Shown here in pieces: positions 52,429 through 63,093 of a stretch of DNA of 64,000 nt. The stretch comes from Lingula anatina (Eukaryota; Animalia; Brachiopoda), in the NCBI GenBank assembly GCA_051362555.1, contig CM120644.1, forward strand, positions 9,990,954 through 10,054,953, written 5' to 3'. The stretch's first letter is position 1; the number at the start of each line of letters is the position of its first letter. The position numbers and the translations under genes were made by a program. The notes beneath the pieces were generated by a model. That model was not told the origin of the DNA and made no database searches. It saw nothing but the letters and a program-made list of their open reading frames with translations.

Positions 52429-53306
52429 AATGTCTTCGTTGTCTTCGTTTTACTACCAAGATGCTGTCGTCGCGCGCAACATTTGAAATTTATGAACTTT
52501 AATGACCATAAGTCACGTCAAAGGATACTTGAAAATGCATGAACTATTGTGGCCATAAGTCACGTTTATATTGCATGAATTTTTGTATTCAATGTTTGGA
52601 GATTTAATAATCATATTGGAAATGTAATACATGTCTTTTTTTTTTATTTCCGAAGGTTGGGGATAGACTTTCCCCAAGGTACAGGCAACATCAATCCCAC
52701 ACCGCGTCGGTGTGTCGTCGCCGATTCGAGGCGGACGGCCGCGTCGCGTTACAATATTAACACCAAGGTAGTTATTTAGTGATTCTGTATCACCCATTCC
52801 TTGCATAGAGCAAAGTAATTCGTTGCATAGAGCAAAGTAAATGTGCCGGTTGCAACAGTAAAGTAGGTACCTGGTAAGTTAGACAGCCGTACCATATTCG
52901 TAAACAAATATTTAGGAAAACTACTTAAAATAATATACATAAAAATGTATTTTATATAAAAACACTGACTTTTTGCAAAAGTTTCCAGGCAGCTTGTACA
53001 CTAAACTGTATATATGTACTGGCCCATTGCTTGTTGTAAATGCAGTTGACTACCCCCCCCCCCCCCCAAAAAAAAAAAAAAAAAAATGCCCATTTATATA
53101 CTAAGTAAAGATGCAGTTAGCGAAATTAATACTTCAAAACATTTTAAGTGGGTGGTAATCTCAGAATCCTGACTGTTTAATGGTAGCAATGAATTAATAA
53201 ATTTCCAACTTCAATGATTCATGACACAGTCTTTAAGTACTGGCCAAGTTAAGAGTCTCTAAGTACTGACCAAATTAAGGAATTTCTCGCTAATGAGCAT
53301 TCAGTG

Positions 53307-53425
53307 TTATCGGCCAATTTCTGATAGAAAGGTGATTAAATGTACCAGAACCGAGAAAATAACATAAACTCCAAGTTGTTTCTTGGCGGAGCAGTTTGAC
53401 TTAACCCCTGGTAAATCTTTTCCCA

Positions 53426-53458
<33 letters not shown>

Positions 53459-56390
53459 GTCTTACTTCCTCTGAACCTGAAGATATAAGAAATATCCAAA
53501 TTTTTAGATCAATGTATTTTATCAATACGATAGTAGTCCTATTGCTGAACTGCCACTACCCCCTTGCCTGCTGAAAAAATGTCATTATTTTCATAACTAT
53601 TACCTTCACCTATTCATTTTCCTACATTTTTATTTGTGCTCATTGAAATTTGAATTTTGTTTTGATTGAGTGAGATCATCTTAAATGAATACCAATAATT
53701 CATGCGTTTCAATCCACTCCGTTCTTTTACAGATAGTTGTCTGAAAGAAATCCGTTTAATGAGCTAGTTGTGCAACGGAGTCTCTCTCAACAAACGAATC
53801 AAGGTCTGAAATTCACCTTTGTCTTGTAATTTGTACACCCTAAGATAAAGCTTTCCTGTCGTCGGGCGTCTGTCTTTGTAAACCATTTCAAACCAATAGC
53901 GGCCCGAATCCTCAAGTTCTGTTACGTTTATAGCAACCACAATGCTACTGTCGGTAACACGACCCATGAAGCGTGGCGCTGCCCCACTGTTCGGTTTGCT
54001 GCTACAGGTGTGGCTGTCACACTGCACCAGACTCCTGTTCAAGGCGTTGAAAAGTTTGAACTGCTGAAGATTTCGTCCTGACGTAAAGTTCAACTGTGCT
54101 GTATTGCCCAAAGCCGTATGCTGGATTTTAGTACCCTCTTCAATAAGTGTAGAGTTCCCTGGAAAAGAAATGACGAAAAATAAGATGGATAAACAGAAGG
54201 GAAGTCAGAAAAAACTTCTTAAATGTACAAAATATTTAATAATAATAATAACTATAATAATAATAATATGCCTAATATAAATTACCCATGAGACAGTTGC
54301 GCACCACATTCAAAAAAATTAATTCATTAGTCGGACGCATTCAGTCCGAAAGTTACTCAGTAACTAAGAAAGAGTAGGCTTAATAAGATATTTTGTTTTT
54401 ACAACTTCGACTGTGAAAACACTCCTGTTCTGTGATCAAAATCAGTTGGCTATGATTGCAAGCGTGACGTAAACAAAAAAAAAACTAAAATCCCCCCCAA
54501 AATCCAATTACAGCAGGCAAAATTTCCAGTCTAATTTAAGAAAAACTTTTTTTAAAAATTCGTCATGAAATCAGTACATTTGTCATAAAATTACTAATCA
54601 GTTGTACTCAATAATCCAGCCCTATCTAGTAAGATCGTCACACGTTAAGTCTTGTGTACACATATCTGGGGGAAGGGAAGGGCAATAAACAAACCTGAAT
54701 TGCCAACAAAAGTTCTAAATATAGCGGTTAAAATCCCATTCCATATTTAGCCTAAATTACACATAAACTCAATCATGACGCTTCAAATTTCATCTATTTA
54801 TTTATAAGACAATGTGTGTAATCTAATTGCGAGATTTGATCACTAATAGTCTTGAACACACACAAAAGAACATGCATGCGCACGCGTGTGCGCGCGCGCG
54901 CACACACACACACACACCGTACGTGTAATTCGATTAACATTTAAGAACTGCTGTTTCCTATGTAAACTATGCAGAATTTTCCAATTAATAACTTAACCAA
55001 CACATTGTCATCCAAGCTTTAATCTTTATTACTTACCTGACTGTAGAAGATGAAAAGTGCAATATTTCGGCTGCTTGTGGTGATAGGCAATTCGAACCAT
55101 GTAAATGCCTTCGTCAGCCGCTGACAGATTTTGCGTCAATAACGAAATCACTCCATGTGTCAAGTCTGTCTTCGGGTTCAGCCTCATTTTGATGCCGCCT
55201 TCTATTCCAATACAGGTATCCCAGTCCGAGATTGCCTTTGTGGACCAAGTCAGGATACAGATTTCCGTGTTATCTGACCGAATTTTCATCCACTTGATGT
55301 CTAAGATTTCATCTCCATGTTGAAATTTACACACCGGACTGGCCGATGTTAACACTGAATATAAATTGAATATATATATAAATAAATTAAAAAAATACGG
55401 TACTGAATATTGTGTGTCTACGTAATGCCCGCAGCGTAACGCAGCGTAATGCCCCTAGTGACGAATTTTGGGAGGGGGGGGGGGTCAGGGAGGTCCTGAC
55501 CCCCCCCCCCCCGGTCAAGGGGGGTCCTGACCCCCCCCCCCCCCTTCGGTTTCTGATAAATATATCACACCAATAATCCCCTCTTGAAATTAGAATTTTG
55601 ACTAGCAGGATCATAGTTCTAAACCGTATCAAAAGGGCGCCAGTTGCCCTCCAAAACACCCAAAATTTTTGGGGCCCCTGAGCAGGCCCCGAACCCGACG
55701 CCAAGGGGGTATTGGTCGGTTTCGCATTCGAGGATTATTGTTCCGGACCCCCCACCCCACCCTCCACCCCTTCAAGTATTCCTGGATCCGCCCCTGACCC
55801 CCCCCCCCACACACACACACACACGCACACACGCACTTACACACCACCACTCTACTGCACTGTAGATCCTCCAGGTTAATCATCACTACAGACTAAATTC
55901 AGTTTATTGTCTCTAGCACCCTTTCTTACATGCTCTAGCTCCATTTTTACTTACACCGGTGTAAAAACACGCTATGAATCAATAAATCCAACAAATAACA
56001 TTAAATGGGGGTGTTAAAGACGGTATATAGACGATACAGGATATGATGCAATATGGCGATCGTCGATTGATATTATCTTACAATTTGAAACGGAGGTGAC
56101 AACTTTTGGACTATATATTGCAGTAGGCTTAATTTCTTTTTCGTCTTCAAGTCCTTGGGAGACAACTGCACTTCACTTCACCAGAAGAAGACCTTGTGAT
56201 AAGGTCGAAACGTCGACTCCTCCATTTCTAAACGTTAGATCCAGCATGACATAGATTACAATTCCATCTTTATATTTTATTAAAAGTAAACAATAGGCTA
56301 CTCACCACATACTAGTAGTACCGGTAGTAGGCCAACTATACAGATCCAACCTGGTGATAAACTACGCACCAACAGTACATGTTTTCCCAT
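53307..56390 (-). CDS. Two-Ig-domain (V-like) cell-surface protein with signal peptide and GPI-like/hydrophobic C-terminus, paralog A
   Basis: Exons 56390-56306 (MGKHVLLVRSLSPGWICIVGLLPVLLVC), 55354-55037 (Ig1), 54158-53817 (Ig2), 53476-53307 (poly-Thr stalk + hydrophobic tail). All junctions are phase 1, as typical of Ig modules; F-strand motifs DEGIY and DSGRY. Confidence 0.85.
55456..55796 (-). mobile_element. MITE-like insertion with G/C runs (CAGGGGCGGATCC terminus)
   Basis: Ends ggatccgcccctg at 55796; imperfect opposite end ctagtgacgaat; GC-rich interior unlike the host intron. Confidence 0.5.
56182..56214 (+). ncRNA. Degenerate Penelope-type minimal hammerhead ribozyme motif
   Basis: CAGAAGAA-GACCTT-gtgat-AAGGTC-GAAACGTC resembles the CTGAAGAA-stem-GAAACGTC pattern of PLE hammerheads. 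The core has a T>A change and stem I is not evident. Confidence 0.45.
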
Positions 56391-57068
56391 ATTTAACTGT
56401 TTGTTGCCTTTCAGCAGGTGTTTGTGTAATTTAAACGCACGTTTTATATGCTCCGCATCAAATAAATACGGTAATACACAGAAATCACAACCCGGTAAGT
56501 AAATAGTGCGCCTCGATCGTGTCGTCTATATGCTGGTATTTTAAGCAAGGGGGTTTCCGCCAGATAATAAAAAATAACCTATTTTAGTGAACACTGGGTA
56601 TTCTTTTACAATCAAAAGGAAATTATAACGTACTAGTTATTCAATCGGAAGGTGTCTTGACAAAAAGTCTAAGTGGAAATTAATAATCTTTTAAAGTTAG
56701 GGTTCAGGTTACAGAGGCACTACAAATCCCTCCTGAAAACTTGATGGACTGCTGGTTTTAACTTTAAAACCGTACGTAACTTTAAGCCTATGATTGAACC
56801 ATGTCAAATCAGTGATTTGCGACAAAAAATTGAGTCTGTTCGCCAAGAATGCGGAAACGGCGCATCTTCTTGGCTTGCGACCTTGTTATTATTCTATATA
56901 TAGTGCCTAGTCCAGAAAGCTAACAGTCACTTTTCGATTGGGGGCACGATCTTAGCACACTGATCATTTGTACAGATGTAGGCTTATGATTCCCTCTGAT
57001 ATCAGGAGCCCTAAAATATATATACTAGTATACACATTTTCTCTTTGCATGCATATGGGATTCCATTA

Positions 57069-57110
<42 letters not shown>

Positions 57111-58082
57111 CGAAGACGGAGGTAAGTTGAGTTCATTGATAACCCTGGCATTTTTCTCTTTTACACATGGTACACTTAAAATAATATGTGAACCGGTTAA
57201 CTCCACACCTTGGCTTTCTTCGTCCCGAAAGTGACCATAAAATATAGTACAGGGCGTGAGTTTACTTATGTCCCGATCTGGCCGATTTTAATAGTGTGCA
57301 TGGAAAGGCTCACCAAACGTGGGCATATGTGAACGCAACGCCTGTACGTGCTATATGCATGGACGAAGAAAGCCAAGGTGTAGAGTTACACGGTTCACAC
57401 CTTATTTTAAATGTACCGTGCGTGAAAGAGTCAAATGTCAGGATTATCAATGTAAAGTCGGTCTCTTCCTGCTTTAATCAATAACGCTTAAGATTTCAGA
57501 TTCGGCTGTTCCCGAAAAACTTTGGACACCATTATATCTGACATAAAATATCCCAAAGTCATACATTTTATGAACATGTCAGACATTTCAAAAGCATATC
57601 ATTTTTTCATGTTTTAATATTATAAAGACAAGTCCAATGACAACGGCAGCACAAAATAGTGTGTTCGTCATGTACACTGTACAATAGGGGCCCATTTTTC
57701 AGCGTGTCAGACATTGTCAAATAATGTACCTGTTATGTTTTCTTTTTAACATTTTTATAAAATGTTTTTGCGGGTAAAGCGGGTAGATAATTATCCGAAT
57801 AATTGAACCACAAGAAAAATGTTCAAAAACTAATAATTGTACTGAATGGAAAATCTCTCAATATTAATAATTTTGCTGTGTAGAATAATTGTACTGCATG
57901 GAAAAGTTATAGGCAATACTAACGTGATTTGTGAAAAGAGATATGCCATTGCTTTGAAATATATTTTTACTTTTCGAAATATTTTGCATTCCTTTTAACT
58001 CTGAACACAAGCAGTAATCTACACTATTAGTTGCGAGAAGCACATTTCACATACATCTATGTTGTCGCGTAGTACTATAGAG

Positions 58083-58143
58083 ATAAACTACGCACCAACG
58101 TTAACAGTACATGTTTTTCCGTATTCAACAGTTTGTTGCCTTT
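58083..58143 (-). pseudogene. Relic duplicate of the start/signal-peptide exon region of Ig paralog A
   Basis: gataaactacgcaccaac(gttaac)agtacatgtttttccgtattcaacagtttgttgccttt aligns with 56356-56411; the ATG is changed to ACG and the donor half is absent. Confidence 0.6.
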
Positions 58144-58423
58144 TATTTTTATTCTTTCCTTTTGCTGTGAACACGATGGGTTGACTTCAAACAAACGCTT
58201 CACTGGACTCAAAACACAGCAGTTTTTACATGACATCTAGCAAGCAACTACTAACAGCAACTACATATTATTACTAAAATGACAATAGTCTAAATTGAAA
58301 AAAAAACTGATTTTGATGTACAGAACGCACCATTGATGAAATTGCATAATACTGGTAGATTTGCGTCATGTTTCTTCTTTTTATTGCAGGGAAGAACATG
58401 AGAAGCATATCATGATGCACCCT

Positions 58424-58644
58424 GTTTACATGTTAAAGATTTCCATCGACATTTCACTAGTACAGGAAGAAAACTTTTAAATATTTTTGCTATCACCCCG
58501 TTTACATGTTAAAGATTTCCATCGACATTTCACTAGTACAGGAAGAAAACTTTTAAATATTTTTGCTATCACCCCGTTTACATGTTAAAGATTTCCATCG
58601 ACATTTCACTAGTACAGGAAGAAAACTTTTAAATATTTTTGCTA
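58424..58644. repeat. 76 bp tandem repeat, ~3 copies
   Basis: gtttacatgttaaagatttccatcgacatttcactagtacaggaagaaaacttttaaatatttttgcta at 58424, 58500 and 58576. Confidence 0.9.
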
Positions 58645-58805
58645 CCACAATACAAATGTTCTGATTTAAGAAATCTGTAAAATTTAACATTGGAGACATT
58701 GAGCAATTACCACAGTTTTTTTAAATAAAAAATACTGGCACTGTGCAAAAGTATGCGGGCGGCTTGTACACTAAACCAAGAAGTTGTAGAGACTTCTTGA
58801 CTAAA

Positions 58806-58871
<66 letters not shown>

Positions 58872-59119
58872 TGACCTATTGTATGATATGCAGCTGACTC
58901 AACACCCCCACCCCACCCAATAAGCCACTAAGATGCAGTTAGAAAATTTAGTTCTTCAAAACATCCTCAAACTACTCGGTGGTAATATCAGAACTCTGAC
59001 TGTTTTAACTTTAAAAATGCTGACCATGAATTTTTAACTTACATGATTCAAGCCAAAATAATACTGACCAATTTTCTGGCAGTTCTCGCTAATGTGCATT
59101 CAATGTTATCAGATATCTA

Positions 59120-59154
<35 letters not shown>

Positions 59155-59209
59155 TGAATGTCAGCCTATTGCTATAAGTGCAATCAGTAGTACTACATGT
59201 GACATGTGG

Positions 59210-61215
59210 TCAAGATGGCAGGAAGTCGTCAATGCCCAGGTGCGTGACCAGACATACCAAAACTACCGGGATTATAACAGAAACTCCAAGTTGTTTCTTG
59301 GCGGAGCAGCTTGACTTAACTCCTGGTAAATCTTTTCCAATAGCAGTAGGTCTTACTTCTTCTGAACCTGAAGATATTAGAAATATTCAAAATTCCAGTT
59401 CAATACATTCATACAGAAATAGCCCTAATGTCAGTGCTGAACTTCTACTATTTTATTTTCATAACTATTACTTTCACCTATTCACTTTATTTCATTTTTA
59501 TTTGTGTTCATTGAAATTTGAATTTTGTTTTGATTGAATGACATCATTTAAAACATGAAAAAAATATTTCATGCACTGCTATCTACTTCATTATTTTTAA
59601 AAAACGCTGAAACGTTAAAACAGTCTCTCTTAACACGTCTCTCGTAACAAACGAATTAAGATCTGAAATTCACCTTTGTCTTGCAATTGGGACTTGTACA
59701 CTCTAAGATACACCTGTCCTGTCGTTGGAAGTCCGGTTTTGTAAGCCATTTCAAACCGGTAAAGGCCCGAATCCTCACGTTTTGTTGCGTTTATAGCAAC
59801 CACAATGCTACTGTCGGTGACACGACCCAAGAAGCGTGTCGCTGCCCCACTGTTCGGGTTGCTACTGCAAGCGCGGTCGTGTCCGCACTGCACCAGACTC
59901 GTGTTTAAGGCGTTGAAAAGTTTGAAATGCAGAAGGTCGGAGGCTAGATTTCGTCTTGACGGGAATTTCAACTGTGCTGTGTGGCCCAATGCCGCTTGCT
60001 TAATTTGAGTATTCTCTTCAATAAGTGTAGAGTGCCCTGGAAAAATGATGAACAATAAGGTGGCTTAAAATAACACAGACAAGGTAAAGCGAAAAAAAAG
60101 GCTTTTTAAATGTACAATTTGTGGAATGTCTATAATAATAATAATAATTATTATTATAATAATAATAGTAAATTAAAAATAATGCATACAACATGGGCGA
60201 CCAGACATTCAAATGTTCATTAGTCCTATGGCCGACGTTTTATTATTAGTCCTTTCGAATGAATGTCACTCAAAGAGTGAATAAGATATTTTGTTTAAAC
60301 AACAAGAACATGTACAGCATGTAGATCGCCCCTGTGGAAAATATTCCTGTGCTGTAGCACATGCTAGTGATCTGAAGACATGTAAACATTTAAAACGCAT
60401 CTGACAAAACTCAAATCCATCAATCTCCAATGGGCATAAATGTTGGGACTGCAGGACCTTGGGACTTATATAAAGCCATAAAATGTTGGGACTGCAGGAC
60501 CTTGGGACTTATATAAAGCCATAAAGTACCCCCCCCCCCCCCCCCCCCCCATCAACGAGTCAAGAAATAGTGCAACTGACGTCATCAGCAAACCGGACCA
60601 CATAGGGTTTCATGTGAGTCTATGCATATCTACTAAAACAAATGTGTGACGTCAAAGGGAATTCTACGGATTAAAATCTTGGGTTTTGTAACTTATCCGA
60701 CAAAAACTAACAGACAAGCAAACAAGCTAAAAGGTAAAATAAATCAACGTATGCTACCTCTCTAATGCCGTTTTGATTATAAAAACCATTCATTTTTTTA
60801 AAGAATCACGCCAATTTGAGTCGTGCAACCATATCAGTGTTATCGGCATTCGGCATTAGCTTGTAAAAATCTGGGGTATCTGGGGTAAAGGTGCTTTTAT
60901 ATACGCCGCTTGAAAGTCCCGGCCTTAATTTTAGCTGCTTAGTCATAAACATTTTGACGCGTGACTGGCAAGTTACCGAAAATTTCCCCATCTGCATTAT
61001 TTCAGATGGAAAGAAAATGCGCCGTATAATTTTAACTAACTAAATAAATAAACAAGTTAAAATAGAAGTAAAACGTTAACTGTTATTTCTATTTGTCGTC
61101 AAGCCAGGTAAGTTCTTATTCCATATCACTTCAGCCATATCAGTCTAATTGAGCGCGATGGATTGGGAAAAATATACATGTTACATGTAGGTTACATGCA
61201 AAACTCAAATACCCC

Positions 61216-61246
<31 letters not shown>

Positions 61247-63093
61247 ACACACACAAATCTCCACCAGAGATCAGCAGGGTGATCGTGATGACGTCATTTA
61301 TGTGAAGAAAATTCTCGCTGGACCTCTGTGTGAAGTCTGTTTCTTGCTGCTTTAGTTAAACGGTTTATAGGCTGGCGTGATTTTTGGGAAACTGATCCTG
61401 TTCTTCCATGGTTTGAAGGGAAGTATTACGGCTTCCTTTTAGCCCTTAGATTGAAGTTTACAACATTTCTTGAGCTGTCAAAATACCGACCCATTGTCCA
61501 TTTTTGCTGTCCAATATTGCCAGTTTCGTTGGCTTCCAATGAAAATTTATCATCGAACCAACCAAATTCCCGTCTACCTTTTGTTTTGATACAAGGCAAA
61601 ATATGACTGATGTGTAGTATAAAACAAAAGTTATAGGCCTAAGCTCATTTGATCTTTAGCACACACACACATGCACTCACAAACACACCTCAAGTATTGT
61701 GCATATTTGATACCCCCCCCCCCTCGTTTCCAACGTGAACCATGAGTAAGATTTTAAATTACAACAAACAATTGCGTGAAAAAATTCAACACATTACAAT
61801 TCAAAGAACAAACACTATAACTAAATTACTTACCGGACGGTAGAAGATGAAACGTGCAGCTTCTACCCCGACTGCTCGTAAATGCAATTTCGGCCCGGTA
61901 AATCCCTGCATCACTCGCAGACAGGTTTTGAATCGATAACGAAATCTCGCCGTCGTGCCAGTTCTCCCCAGCGCTAAGTTTCTGGATGCCGCCTTCCTCT
62001 TTATTACAGGGATACCAGTGGGAGATATTTGAGCTTAGGAGACAAATGTCAGTGTTATTTGGCAGGACTTTAATCCATTTACGATCCAAGATGTCCGTTT
62101 TCGTTCCTTGAAATGTACACTTCAGAGTGGCCGTTTCTCCCGTTGTTAAACCTAAGGTGGAATATATATAGAGACATAATATGGAATATCGTACGTGAAG
62201 TACGCATACAGCCATATAACAGCTAGCAGATCCACCAGCCAAATAGGCTCAGCCCAGGGGCGGATCCAGAGATATTTTCTGACAGGCGTCCGAATTATCT
62301 TTATTGATCCATGCTCCACTTTTGACCGTCTTCCGACAGAAAAAAAAGAGATATCTGTCAATGTAAACTTGAAAATCTGACCGACTTCTGGAAGACCCAA
62401 AAGACGGCCTAAATCCGCCCCTGGTTCAGCCTCTAGGTCCTGCTTACGTCTCCTATACTCCTTCTTACACATTCATCCATATCTATCAAAGTGACCAAAT
62501 TAGAACAGTGTATACATAAATAAATGAATAGGCTAAATTAAAATGTGGGCGTGAGATAACAATTGCGGTCTATACAGGTCTTCGTGCAATGTTCAAGCCC
62601 AGTGGAGTGGCACAACTCATTGACGGTGCCCCCCCCCCTCCCCCACTCACCTGACACACAGATTTAGATGTACTCCCTTCTCCCCTACCCTTCCCCTTGA
62701 ATGTTTGTCCACGCCACGCCCCCTTCCCTCCAGTGTCCACCACTGCATTGATCATGGTCCTTATAATATGTCTGTCCCTATACAACACTTGTTAACTTCT
62801 TGTAGGTATATGTAATGTCCAATGCTTGGTGGGCTTGAATGAAGTATTAATGTTGATTTATCTTAAAAACCAATTTGGCCTCGTTATTTGAAGAATTATT
62901 GCCATACTTAATTAAGTGAGGGCTTATTTGACAGGCTTATTTACAGAACACGATTTATGTACCTATATAATCGTTAATCACACTTACCAGATACCGTTTC
63001 TACCAGTAATAATAATGCCAAGACCCGGTTTAGTGATAAAGGCCACATATCACTTTCAGTGTATGTTGTTAGTTTGAAGTCTGTTTGGTCCAT
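59210..63093 (-). CDS. Two-Ig-domain (V-like) cell-surface protein with signal peptide and GPI-like/hydrophobic C-terminus, paralog B
   Basis: Exons 63093-62988 (MDQTDFK...MWPLSLNRVLALLLLVETVS), 62151-61834 (Ig1), 60036-59674 (Ig2), 59367-59210 (stalk + hydrophobic tail, TGA). Phase-1 junctions; motifs GETATLKC..W..DGEISLSIQNLSASDAGIY. Clear paralog of 53307-56390. Confidence 0.85.
60436..60525. repeat. ~42 bp tandem duplication
   Basis: aaatgttgggactgcaggaccttgggacttatataaagccata twice. Confidence 0.85.
62255..62423 (+). mobile_element. hAT-type MITE (CAGGGGCGGAT family), best-preserved copy
   Basis: TIR caggggcggat / atccgcccctg; 8 bp TSD GCTCAGCC / GTTCAGCC with one mismatch. Confidence 0.8.

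Larger units (their letters stand above)
47889..52753 (+). mobile_element. 4.9 kb non-coding insertion with TGTAACG...CGTTACA termini and ATAT target-site duplication (Gypsy-type solo-LTR-like)
   Basis: ATAT at 47885-47888 and 52754-52757; 7 bp inverted termini; TATAAATA at 48180 followed by a purine-rich tract; CpG content much higher than flanks; no gag, pol or transposase ORF. Confidence 0.75.

Noticed and set aside
62600-62745. Possible additional MITE (cagtgg...ccactg ends)
   Set aside because: Termini are short and imperfect, with no target-site duplication and no second copy seen.
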